From assembly GCA_964252035.1 (NCBI GenBank), contig OZ176207.1: 64,000 bases of DNA, one strand, 5' to 3'. Source of the DNA: Podarcis erhardii. Its lineage: Eukaryota. The translations under genes and the position numbers were made by a program. Shown here one piece after another: positions 37,004-47,834 of the stretch. Below the pieces are notes generated by a model. It had not been told where the DNA came from and ran no database searches. It saw only the letters and a list, made by a program, of their open reading frames with translations. The number at the start of each line of letters is the position of its first letter. The stretch's first letter is position 1.

Positions 37004-37358
37004 TATAGTGTCAGTGCTCCCCCTCCAAATGGCAATAATGGAATAACACTATGGAACTATTGCTGAGCAACTCAAAAAGCAAAATGATGTGAGGGCCAGT
37101 ATACATATATCCCCCACCAATTAACTATTATTGTGTCAATGACCTGTTGCAGAATACCGCCCCGCCCCTGCCCCCACAAACCCCAAGAAATATTCAGTGG
37201 GGGTGCTTAATACGAGCCTTGTGTATTTCTTAAAGACAGTTATTTGATTTCCTTTCCAATGGCAAACAGGAACATCTGCAAGGTACGAGACAAAGATCCT
37301 ACCCAAATATCATGCTGAGCCTAGTGGTTAGTGTATTTAAGAGGCCTATCATACCTCC

Positions 37359-37683
37359 GGGGACAAGAGTGGCACTGTGGTCTAAGCCACAGAGCCTAGG
37401 GCTTGCCGATCAGAATGTCGGCGGTTCGAATCCCTGCGACAGGGTGAGCTCCCGTTGCTCAGTCCCTGCTCCTGCCAACCTAGCAGTTCTAAAGCACATC
37501 AAAGTGCAAGTAGATAAATAGGTACCGCTCTGGCGGGAAGGTAAACGGCGTTTCCATGTACTGCTCTGGTTCGCCAGATGACCTGGAAGCTGTCTGCGGA
37601 CAAACGCCGGCTCCCTCTGCCAGTAAAGCAAGATGAGCGCCACAACCCCAGAGTCGTCCACGACTGGACTCCCTTTACCTTTA
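37359..37683 (+). mobile_element. Sauria SINE with internal deletions
   Basis: Homologous to 20661-21013; 14-bp TSD CCTATCATACCTCC at 37345-37358 and 37684-37697. Confidence 0.95.
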
Positions 37684-38235
37684 CCTATCATACCTCCAGC
37701 TTCCATGGTACCAATAAAATGTTAATACAAAAGCTTAAGCAAACCCCACCCTCAACACAAGCCTTTTTGAGAGGCAGTTGCCACATAGCATATTTGATAT
37801 AGCAGCAAGTGTGGAGCAACCACATGTTAGATCTCCAATCCAGGTTACGTTAGTCATGCTTAAATCCTTTGAAAACCAATGGGATGTCAGCAAGCCACAG
37901 GCACGCCTGTTCGTCCCATAAGTTTCGGCAGGACTTTTGCACACATAACTAACTTTGGCTCTGGACAGGAGCCAAGAAAATGAACAACTAATTTGGAACT
38001 TTAAATAAGAAACTATTGATTAAGGATGACATGGAGTAATCAGAAGCATTTCAGAGGGTAAATCTTAAATATTGCTCTAACATTACATAAGCTGATATCC
38101 AACTAAGTTATACTTATGGTAGACTCATTAAGAGCCATAGATGTAAGTAATATGAATCCATTAATTTAAATAAGTCTACTCTGATTATTCTTTATTACAA
38201 TTCCTGGAGTTCCTTGTGAAGAGGGGTTGATTGTT

Positions 38236-38368
38236 AAACCACTCTGGGAATTGTAGCTCTGGGAGGGGAGAAGAGGTCTCCTAACAACTCTCGGCTCCCT
38301 TAGCAAACTACAGTTCCCAGAATTCTTTGGGGGAAACCATGTATCATAGTGCTTTAAAGTTTGGTGTG
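38236..38368. mobile_element. Partial palindromic MITE-like repeat (family of 26730)
   Basis: CTGGGAATTGTAGCT..AAACTACAGTTCCCAGAATTC..GCTTTAAAG. Confidence 0.6.
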
Positions 38369-38377
38369 AATATGGCC

Positions 38378-38518
38378 TGAATCAGATCATTGGTCCAATT
38401 AGCTCAGTATCTTCTACAGAGAGCAGCGCTCCAGCGTCTCAGGAGAGGATCATTCCCAGCACTTCTACCTGGTTCTTCTTAACAGGAGATACCAAGGGCT
38501 GCATCTTGTACCTTCTGC
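38378..38518 (-). mobile_element. Degenerate tRNA-derived SINE (family of 6352)
   Basis: CAGATCATTGGTCC..AGCTCAGTAT..CTCCAG..GGAGATACC..ACCTTCTGC. Confidence 0.5.
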
Positions 38519-38611
38519 CCCCTCCCAAGTGTATCAATGGATCGGCAAATTATGAAGAACAGAACAAACTGGAGTTGCATAAGGTGCAGCTTTGGCTATG
38601 ATGATGTAAGA

Positions 38612-38736
38612 TGGGGATTGGGGATCAATGGCCCTCCATATATTGTTGGGCTACAGCTCATTTCAGCCCCAGCCAGGATGACCAATGCTCAAGGATGATG
38701 GGAGACATCTGAAGAAACACAGTTTCCTCTTTCCTG
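38612..38736. mobile_element. Palindromic MITE-like repeat (family of 33756), degenerate
   Basis: GGCCCTCCA..TTGTTGGGCTACAGCTC..GATGATGGGAG..CATCTG. Confidence 0.5.
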
Positions 38737-39090
38737 ATGTAAGCCATGCTGTATACCACCACTATTATAAAAGATCAGGGGGCCTGTGTAAATCAGCTTT
38801 CATTCATTAGCTGATTTTTCTTTTCATATTAATCTTGGTACAGTTACTTGACAAAGGGGACTTAAAAAACAACAACCCAGTTCTGATACAGATTTCCATA
38901 AGAAAAGTATCTGGAAAATGGTTGTCTCGCATCTATAATTAAAATCATGTTGGATTTTATGTTATGGCAAAATTAGTATGACACTTAGACTATCTATTGT
39001 TTAATAGACTCTGTTATAAAGGCACAATCTGAGTCACTTCTAACACAATAACTAGTTGCTCAGGAAGAAGCAACCCCACTTGAGTAAAAT

Positions 39091-39200
39091 ATAATAAATA
39101 GTAATAATAATAGTTTTATTATTTATATGCCACTAGGTTGCCCCAGCCACTCTGGGCAGCTCCAAACAAAGCATTTAAAGCACAATAAAAAATGTATGAT
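39091..39200 (-). mobile_element. L2 3' tail fragment
   Basis: (AAT)n, then CCCCAGCCACTCTGGGCAGCT, the reverse complement of the L2 3' UTR at 27530-27560. Confidence 0.7.
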
Positions 39201-42200
39201 GCTAACTCAATGGGGTCTGGTTATAATGATGCAGTTTTTGGATATACTTCAGCTGCTTTTGCAGAAACTTGCTCTTTACACATGCAGATCTTCTTTGCTG
39301 AACTGAGGCATTTGAGATGATACTTGAAGTTGATTCTTTGCAGGGCTGGAAAGAAATTGGGTTTGTACGATCTCCTTTGGTTTTTTTACCAGACCCCAGG
39401 GTCTGCCAAGAGGAAGGTGCAAAATGTGGCGGGGGATTCAATTGCATGCTGCACCCTACACACTGGATATACTAATACAAACATACATCTGAAGTATGGT
39501 AAATCATGGATTCCAACACATAACTCTCAAAAGACCTGGTCAAATGCAATAAACTAAAAAAATAATAATTATTTTTTAAGATGACAAACACTGAGGTTAA
39601 GAGATAAATGACTGGCACAAGGCCAGCAACAGAGATTTAAGCAGCAACAAAAACCCTTTCCATTTGACTTGCTATTGTTAATCCATTAGGAGTCAGAAAC
39701 CCTTTCAGGCTCTTGCAAATCACTCAAGCAATAGATCCCAGTCTTCCTTTTGCCCATCCCTGCAGCAAGGCATTACCTTGTTGGAAAACAAAATGCAACA
39801 ACGGGCCAGTTCTATCCATGAACCTAACGGTGAGCCAAAACCTAAGGCTTCTAAAGGAGAGAACAAAAATCCCCAAGGGACACTACAATGCTTTCTTGGA
39901 CTGCAGAGGAAGGATTAAGGAGTCTCTCTCTTTTTTCCCCCTTTTCCATGGAAGGTAATGAATAATATTTAATAACGTCCTGATGTTTCTGCTGGCAGCT
40001 TCCTGGATGTATCCTGATTGTTTAGAGTCACTAATAGGTGGCAGAAGATGTACTCAATTGTTTGTGTACACTGTGGCTGTTCTTCATTCAGTGCACAAGG
40101 AGTTTCATTGGTCTGTGAGAGGTGCATGATTTCAAGACTCCCCCCAATATAATTTATCCGTTATCCTATGAGGAAAAGAGATAATTTAGCAGAAAAGAGA
40201 CATTTCAGCAGAGGGCCCTGCATTCTCTTTATTTTAAGTCCTTATTCACCTCTTGAAATCAAGGGCTTCCCAAGGTTTTAGTTTGCAACCTGTTTTTGGG
40301 GTTTTTTTAATGCTGTAAGCCTCAGAACTTGTACTTTCCGGAAGACAGTCCAATATCTGAAGGACTGTGTTGTCCAAGTCCAGTTTTGACATGATGCTGA
40401 AATGTAAGAAACAGATACAAATCACTTGGATGCCATCTTTTCCCACCTCCCAACTGGGGATAATCTCCTTGTGTGTAGTACTGCCTAGTTTATCTCAGTG
40501 AACAAGATGCCAATTTGCTAGTTATCTGTAAATCCTGGCTCTAGCAGTGCTACACTGAGACTACGATTCCATATCTGGCCAAGAGCCCCCGTATTGGGAG
40601 GATGAAGGTGGGGAGCCAGCATCTCCCTCCTTGGGGCACAGGCAATACATTTTGCTGCTTAATGACTAGGGATGTTAGGGGAATCTGTCAAAATGGACTA
40701 TGAAGTGGATTTCCTTCAGTGTCTACCCATTCGACCCCCCATTATGGCACAGAAGCTTGCTGTGAAAGCTATTCACCTTAATTCTCTACAACGATTAAAA
40801 AGAATAAAAACCACACACATCAGAATTGTGTGTTGGTTAGCAATTTATACAATGCATTAGATTCTCCAAAGTGATCACAGACATAATTAAAGTTCAATAG
40901 CAGCATGCCACCATGTGGAGTGTCTTTGTGGATGACTAGTCTTTTCAAAATTCCCCCCTTCCTTTTTTCTATAGCATATGCAAGCAGCTGCATTTGATCA
41001 CCTCCATGCATTATGAATAGAAATAAAGAAGAGTTGTAAAGCACTCTGCAAGCCAAAATTCCTGTAAACATTATTGATCACAATTAGGTATAGATATAAG
41101 GCATGGATTCACTCACATCATGAGTAAAAATATATAGCCTATATACACATCAGTGAGTGCCAAATAACAGCTTTTAGATTTTTGAAATGGCTTCTTACAC
41201 AGCAATCAGAATACTTAGTGTTAGAGCATTCAATGCATTATCTTCGTAGGACAAATCTGTAAGTTAAGTCAGTGCTATTATCTCTATATTGCAGCAGAGA
41301 TAATAATAGTTGTGTGCCTAAGGCTACCTAGTGAGTTTGTGGCAGAGGCAAAATCTGAACAGCCTTCCTACTCACAGCTGCATGTCCAAAAAGTTACTAT
41401 GCAATTCTTCAAGGGAAACTGTTTGGTTGGATTTCTATCAATGCTGCTCTGTGGGTTATGGGTATATGTGACTGCTGATTTGCTACTAGGCCAGGTTCAA
41501 GGTGAACCCTGAAAAATGGCAACAAGTTGGCTTCCCTGATCTGCATTGAGGTTCACTAAACAAAGTTCCCCTACCTTTATTTATACTAAAAGGCTACACA
41601 CTAAGTAAGCACACATCTTCCCAAAGGCTATGTGAGTTGACACGAGGTCCCTCCAATAGATGGCTGGCCTTGCTGTACGGTGACCTTGAGGTTCTGCTGT
41701 ATGGTGACTAGGTGATAGATACTAACTTTGAGATCTTGGACTACAGTACCTAGGTAGATTCATCAGAGAAGGTAGGTAGACACTGGCCTTGGAGGATCTG
41801 CCAAGCACAATGCAAGCAGCCGCTGTCCTTGAGAATGCAGGTGACTCCTGGCCGTGAAAGACTCCTAGATAAGGAGTTGCCTGAAGCTGTCTGTCCAGAA
41901 AGCTTCCCACTGCAGTTTTATAACAGGGGAGAAATGGGAAAAAGAATTGAAGAACTAAGCACGGAAGAGAATAATTGCAATACACCACACTAACTCCTTG
42001 AGATCATGTTGGTCTTCTGCAATTTCCATTACAAGTACTTACATGTCAGAATCTTTGTATTAATCAGAAAAGTTGCAAGTTATCAACAGCTGCACAGGGA
42101 TTACAAATCTGGTGTTCTTCACTGTAATGAGGCCAGCAGGTCTAAATCAGTGCACTCTCTTTTTCTTAATGGTGCATGATCTAATAATGCACTCCTTCAC

Positions 42201-42945
42201 CTTAAAGTTTATTGGCATTTAGCAAGTTGAAGGTGTAACCACAATACATCCCCCCTGGTGACCATGGTCGATCCATTCCAAGCTTTTTGTCAAGTGCATG
42301 AAACCAAGGAAATAACTCCATCGGCTGTTGCGTTCTGCCATTTGCCATGAATCCCACTTGCACTGCCGGCATGATATAATGTCTCAGTAAGTGTGCATAT
42401 GGAAGATTCTGTTCCAGAAATTATTTATGATGAACTCCCATTGCAATGTCTATGGAACCCATCAAGGCTGGGTTTCTCATGAGAAGACCCTTGTGATGGA
42501 AAAAGCAGATAGGGCACTGCAGGTGTATTAAGTTTCAGTAAAAGAGCAGTATTTCCCTTGCCATTGAAAAGTGGCTATTTGAATTGAGTCTGATCCATAT
42601 ATTTTATGTATATTGACCTGAAAGACTAGACAAAGCAAGAGGAGGGAGATAAAGAACTTGATATTGTGTTGTTGAATGGAAAACAAGATATACAGGAGCA
42701 GAGGAAGCTGCCTTTTATCTGATTGGTCTTTTTGTCTGTCTAGGCTTGTCATACATCAGGAAAATTTCTGACATGTCCTGGTTTTGGGGTGTAAAAATGG
42801 CATCAGGGGCGAATTTTGCCAAATTTGCAAAATGTCAGGGTTAACCTGGATGTATGGCAACGCAGTGGAAGAAGCAGCAGAAACAGCCCAGAAAGCTTAA
42901 AATCACAATTTTGGGGGTTGGATTTTTTGAAATATGGCAACCCTA

Positions 42946-43116
42946 TGTCTGTCTGGATAGCCCAGCACTGTCTACTGTGACTGGGAGCAGTTCTCCAGGG
43001 TTTCAAACACAAGGTCTTTCCCAGTGGCTCCTCCCCTGAGCCTTTCCACTGGGGGGGGGTGCAAGAGATTCATCCTGCCCCCCTCTGCATGCAGAGCACG
43101 TGCTCTCCTACTGAGG
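42946..43116 (-). mobile_element. Degenerate tRNA-derived SINE (family of 6352)
   Basis: CACTGTCTAC..CTCCAGGGTTTCA..CTGCATGCAGAGCACGTGCTCT..ACTGAG. Confidence 0.55.
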
Positions 43117-43315
43117 TTCAGACTTTTCCTTAATGATATCTCTGTGATATGATGGAGCCTGCCCAAACATCATTTTGGTTGGCGTGGCTGGCTCCACGTT
43201 TTAGAAGATCTTGGGCAAGGACGCTTCCATGGGTCCCCATTTCTGAGCGAGTCCTTCTTCCCACCACCATCATCGCCAGCTATTGTCACTCCTCTCCTGA
43301 TCATTGCTACCACTT

Positions 43316-43930
43316 GGAATGGGGGACAAATTTGATTCTGTTCACATTTAAAGCAACATTACATGTTGAAAACCTTTAATAAAACTGATGGGGGGGATCT
43401 ATTACAAAATTTACACTTCTCTGAATTTGGTGATGCAGTTCTCCTGCCAAGCAATGTTAGGGTTGCCATATTTTTTAAAAAAGTAATAAACAAAAACAGG
43501 ACACCCCGAAAGTTGTTGATCCTTTTTTTAGGAAGGACCCCAAAATTGTTCAGCTTTTTTTTTCAAGAATGCAAAAAAAAATAAATCGCAATTTACATGC
43601 CTAAGATCCAGGACAAAGCGCCGCCTTTCAGAAATTCCCTGACATCAATTCTGCCTTTGGAATCCTGGTAATGTCTGGGAAAATCCAGACGTATGGCAGC
43701 CCTAAGCAATGTGTACAAAAATGCATCTATTAGTATGCATTAAAAGGCATGTATTAGTAAACATAACATACATAAAAATGCTTTATGGTAGGAGAAAGTT
43801 TTTTTGCAAAAATGTGTACATTGCAATAAGAAACGTGTATATTAGGAGAAATTTGAACTAGAGCATTGGTGAATTTTCAGGAGGACCTTTACATCATCAC
43901 AAACTGATGTGGAGAATTGGACATAGTTGG
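43316..43930. mobile_element. TAGGGATGGG-ended family element, interrupted by a hAT MITE
   Basis: Sequence on both sides of 43458-43704 is collinear with 16297-16675. Confidence 0.6.
43458..43704. mobile_element. hAT-type MITE (nested)
   Basis: TIR TAGGGTTGCCATA / TATGGCAGCCCTA; perfect 8-bp TSD AGCAATGT. Confidence 0.92.
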
Positions 43931-46815
43931 CTCTTCCCTACCTCTCACTTATTTCCTTGGCAGGCAGAGAGCCCCCTGAACGAGCAATTCCTCCATCTCA
44001 CCACCACTGGGCCAGAGCAAGAGGAAGGTGAACAAGCAAGCAGGTTGCTGTGGTGAAGAGATGGAGCAGGTCCAGGGGACTCTATTAAGTGGAGTCCTTG
44101 CTCTGGTGTGGGCCTTCAGCAGATGCCCAAACAAGCCAGTTCTTGATGCCAGCACTCTTGATTGGATTCAGCTTTAAATAACTCGCCCCCATCTGATCCT
44201 CACCTACTAACAGAAATGGAGTGAAGCACCAAGCATTCAAAAAATATTCCAACTACAAAATGTTAACCATTTTAATTTGTACTTTAAAAAGAAAACCTTT
44301 ACAAACGGAGCCCGTTTAAGCGAGCAGATCTTTCGACAAGGAGATGCAACGCAGATGACCATGCAAGAAACATGCCCAACTACTCACTTTGCTTCATAAA
44401 TGGGAATGGCTAGGGGCAGACTCTCCCCAGCGATTTCCGCTCTTATTCCCAGATCATCAGGTGAGTTAGTGCAGCTGCCTTCTATGTCAGAGTTCCAACA
44501 TTATTAATTTTTTGCCTTACATTTTGCCAGATTTTCAAACCTGGAATCCACTTAGCACATGCCTGGATGTAAAAGCTAGTCAACTTCCACTGACCTACTC
44601 TAGAGTAAATTATTTGAGGCTTGCGGCCAAAGTCATCATGAGCAAGGACCCATAAAAACAAGCAGAGAAATACTGAAATTAAGAGTCCCCACCCACTGTG
44701 CTTAATACATATCTCATGAGTCATATGCAGCTAAACTGTGAGAAATTTGTGTGGGTGGGTGGTGTATAGTTTTTCTTGTTGATTGCTCGGGTGCTTGTCT
44801 TGGTCTAATAAGTATTGCACCGTGGGATAATAAGCGCAGGAAATGAAAGCTTCAAAAGCAGTCCAGGCAGATAGGTGCAACATTTGTTGGACGCAAAATG
44901 TGGTAAGAAAATGACTATGCTGGTGGAAAATATACCGGGACAACTGGGGCCTGCAACACAATGCTGCAGGGTGGAGTTCCACCTAACCAACCATTCTTTC
45001 AGGATAGTCCATTTCTATTTTCTTACCCCTCCCCCAGTTTTTCATCCTTTCCCCAACATTCAGTCAACATTCCATGTCCACTGAATATGCTCAGTTCTCA
45101 TTGGGCAGGTTTTGGGGGTTCCCCCCTTCAGATTTATTTCCTAAAGCTTTTTTTCTACTTATAAGGTATTGATTGATTTTAAATGGCAAGAAGTAATATT
45201 TTTAAAAAGAATAATTTTTATTATAGATTTTTATGAATTACAAAAGAACGTGCAATGTCTCTCTGTGTATAGACAAATATGATATTTGGGGGAGACAAAT
45301 ATATTTGGGGGGAATAAAATATATAGTAGGTTATGAATAATTGTATATGCATTAGAACAATAATCATTTATATACTATTATATTAGCTAAGTATAAAAAG
45401 AATTATAGTGTTTTGTGGGTTTTTAATACGCTTTTTGTTTCTTTTTACCTGCTTTTCACTTTATTTTGTTTAACTGAAATATTTTCAATAAAAACATTAT
45501 TTATTTTTTAAAAAGATGGTTTTTGTACTTCTCCAAACTTAAGTTCCCCTAGACCTTCTCCTCATGCTTAGACGGTGCCATTGTGGTTTCATAAGGAAAC
45601 AGACTCAGAGACCGAATCTGCTGTTAGTATTATAGGATGGCACAGAATAAATGGACGTCTGCCCTTGGAATTCCTTGGGTTCTAATTCATTTTCACTGCT
45701 TGAAGGGCCAGTTAATTTACTTGCCCAGAACTACTACAGCCCTACATGGTGGTGAAGAATAGAATATCTTCGCTTCAAGGTGATGGCCAGTTGTCACCTG
45801 ACACAGTGCGAGCTCCCTTAAAGCCATTGACTGAGTCACTAGAAACCTACAAAAATTCAGAGGAGAGTTGGTGAAGCATAGAGGCAAGAAAGATCAGGAA
45901 GAGGAAGGGGGAGAAAGCCTAAAAGAAGGACTGGCTATCATGAATGTGATAGAAAATGGGAGAGAGGGATGACAAAGTGGGGAAGAATGCGTGAAAGAGA
46001 CTGGGGAAAAGAGGGGAAAGTTCTAAAGGAAAACTTCACACAGACCTTTGAAATACAAAGGGCAGACTCATAATTTTCTTGTTTCTTTTTCCTGTATATA
46101 TCTTACAAGTTCGACACAATTGGCTTTTATTAGAGGACATGGTTTTTTGTTCAAGAAGTAATGTTGCCTTGCTAGCTTGCCCTGTTGTTGTTTTTTATTT
46201 AAAAAAACACACCGATAGTACAAGCTCTACTTGCTTGTGAGGCTAAATAAATGATGTCATCATTAATAGTTGGGTGAGGTGGAAGAGTAAGGTGGGGCAG
46301 ATGAACTCTCCAAGCAGCTTCAGTGTTATTTGCTGCCCTCCCTGCGACCCCTTCACCACCTTGCAGAGCTTTACAATCACCTGCTTCTTTGAGTATAGCT
46401 GGCGATTTAGTCTCCGTAATAAATCCACTAGACAGACGCTACACCATGTCTCAGAACCAGAATCCGCAGTCCCAGGACTCCATTGCAGCTGGAGCAAGGC
46501 TGTGGCTAGTGAAGTGATAAGTTTAATATACTGCCTAGGAGAAGACGACAAAAGTAAGATGGGTCTTTCCATGCTAAACGGCTTCAAAAGCGAGTCCTGT
46601 AGCAGCCGAACTGGATGTCCTCAAAGAGATATTATTGGGTGCTATTGGACTGATAGGTCAAAGTATTCCCCGCTCCCATAATCTAAGGCAAGCCTTCCAA
46701 AGCATCAGATCACATTCCTAACATATACAGATAGGTAGCCGTGTTGGTCTGCCATAGTCAAAACAAAACAAATTCCTTCCAGTAGCACCTTAAAGACCAA
46801 CTAAGTCAGTTCTTG

Positions 46816-46853
46816 GTATGAGCTTTCGTGTGCATGCACACTTCTTCAGATAC
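46816..46853 (-). ncRNA. Minimal type I hammerhead ribozyme motif of the PLE
   Basis: GUAU-CUGAAGA-A-GUGUG(CAUG)CACAC-GAAA-GCUC-AUAC: conserved core, helix II, helix I GUAU/AUAC, palindromic AGCU helix III. Confidence 0.85.
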
Positions 46854-47033
46854 ACTGAAACAGAAGTTTCCAGACCCTTCTATATAGTGAGAAGGTGGGG
46901 AGGGGTATTACTCAGAAGGGTGGTGGGAATGGGTGATTGGCAGATAGCTGTGATGAGCCTGTTGACGACTCTTAACGACTGCAATAGGTCTTACAGGAAA
47001 AAGCAAGGGGTGAAAAGGTGAAAAATGGCTTTG

Positions 47034-47834
47034 TCATGTATAATGAGATAAGAATCCAAGGTCTTTGTTCAGACCAGGTTTTTCCATGGTTTTGAGTTTG
47101 GTGATAAGTTGTAATTCAGCAGCTTCTCTTTCCAGTCTATTTCTGAAATTCCTTTGTAGTAAAACAGCTACTTTGAGATCTTGTATAGAATGTCCTGGGA
47201 GATTGAAATGTTCTCCTACTGGTTTCTCTGTCTTGTGATTCCCGATGTCCGATTTATGTCCGTTTATTCTTTGGCGTAAGGTCTGGCCTGTTTGTCCAAT
47301 ATAGAGAGCTGAAGGACACTGTTGGCATTTTATGGCATACACAATGTTAGACGATGAGCAATTAAATAGTCCCGAGATGGTATGTGTGATGTTGTTGGGG
47401 CCAGTAATGGTGTTGTCCGGGTGTATGTGGCAGCAAAGTTGGCATCTGGGTTTATTGCAGGCTCTGGTGCCAGTGTCTGTGTTAGGTCTGGTTGTAGTAT
47501 TATTGTGGGTTAGGAGTTGTTTAAGACTGGGTGGCTGTCTGTAGGCAATGAAAGGTCTTCCTCCCAGAGCTTGAGAAAGAGAACTGTCATTGTCCAGGAG
47601 AGGTTGTAGATCTCTGATGATGCGTTGTACTGTTTTAACTTGGGAGCTGTATGTGATGACTAGAGGTGTTCTGTTATTTTCTTTTTTGGGTCTGTCTTGC
47701 AGTAAGTTCTCTCTGGGTATCAGTCTGGCTCTGTTGATCTGTTGTCTAACTTCATCTGTTGGGTATTTTAGTTCTAAAAAGGTTTGCTGTAGATCTCTTA
47801 GGTGAGAGTCTCTGTCTGTAGAATTGGAACATAT
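47034..47834 (-). CDS. PLE polyprotein fragment: RT C-terminal/linker region, Cys-rich motif and GIY-YIG endonuclease (266 codons, no stops)
   Basis: Manual translation ICSNSTDRDSHL..CNKPRCQLC..NIVYAIKCQQCPSALYIGQTGQTLRQRINGHKSD..REAAE..GLN; the ORF track shows only the last 102 aa. Confidence 0.9.
   Translation of the reverse strand: MCSNSTDRDSHLRDLQQTFLELKYPTDEVRQQINRARLIPRENLLQDRPKKENNRTPLVITYSSQVKTVQRIIRDLQPLLDNDSSLSQALGGRPFIAYRQPPSLKQLLTHNNTTTRPNTDTGTRACNKPRCQLCCHIHPDNTITGPNNITHTISGLFNCSSSNIVYAIKCQQCPSALYIGQTGQTLRQRINGHKSDIGNHKTEKPVGEHFNLPGHSIQDLKVAVLLQRNFRNRLEREAAELQLITKLKTMEKPGLNKDLGFLSHYT

Larger units (their letters stand above)
46726..47834 (-). mobile_element. Penelope-like retroelement (PLE), 5'-truncated
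   Basis: RT C-terminal/linker region plus GIY-YIG ORF, followed by a 3' repeat region containing a hammerhead motif. Confidence 0.95.
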
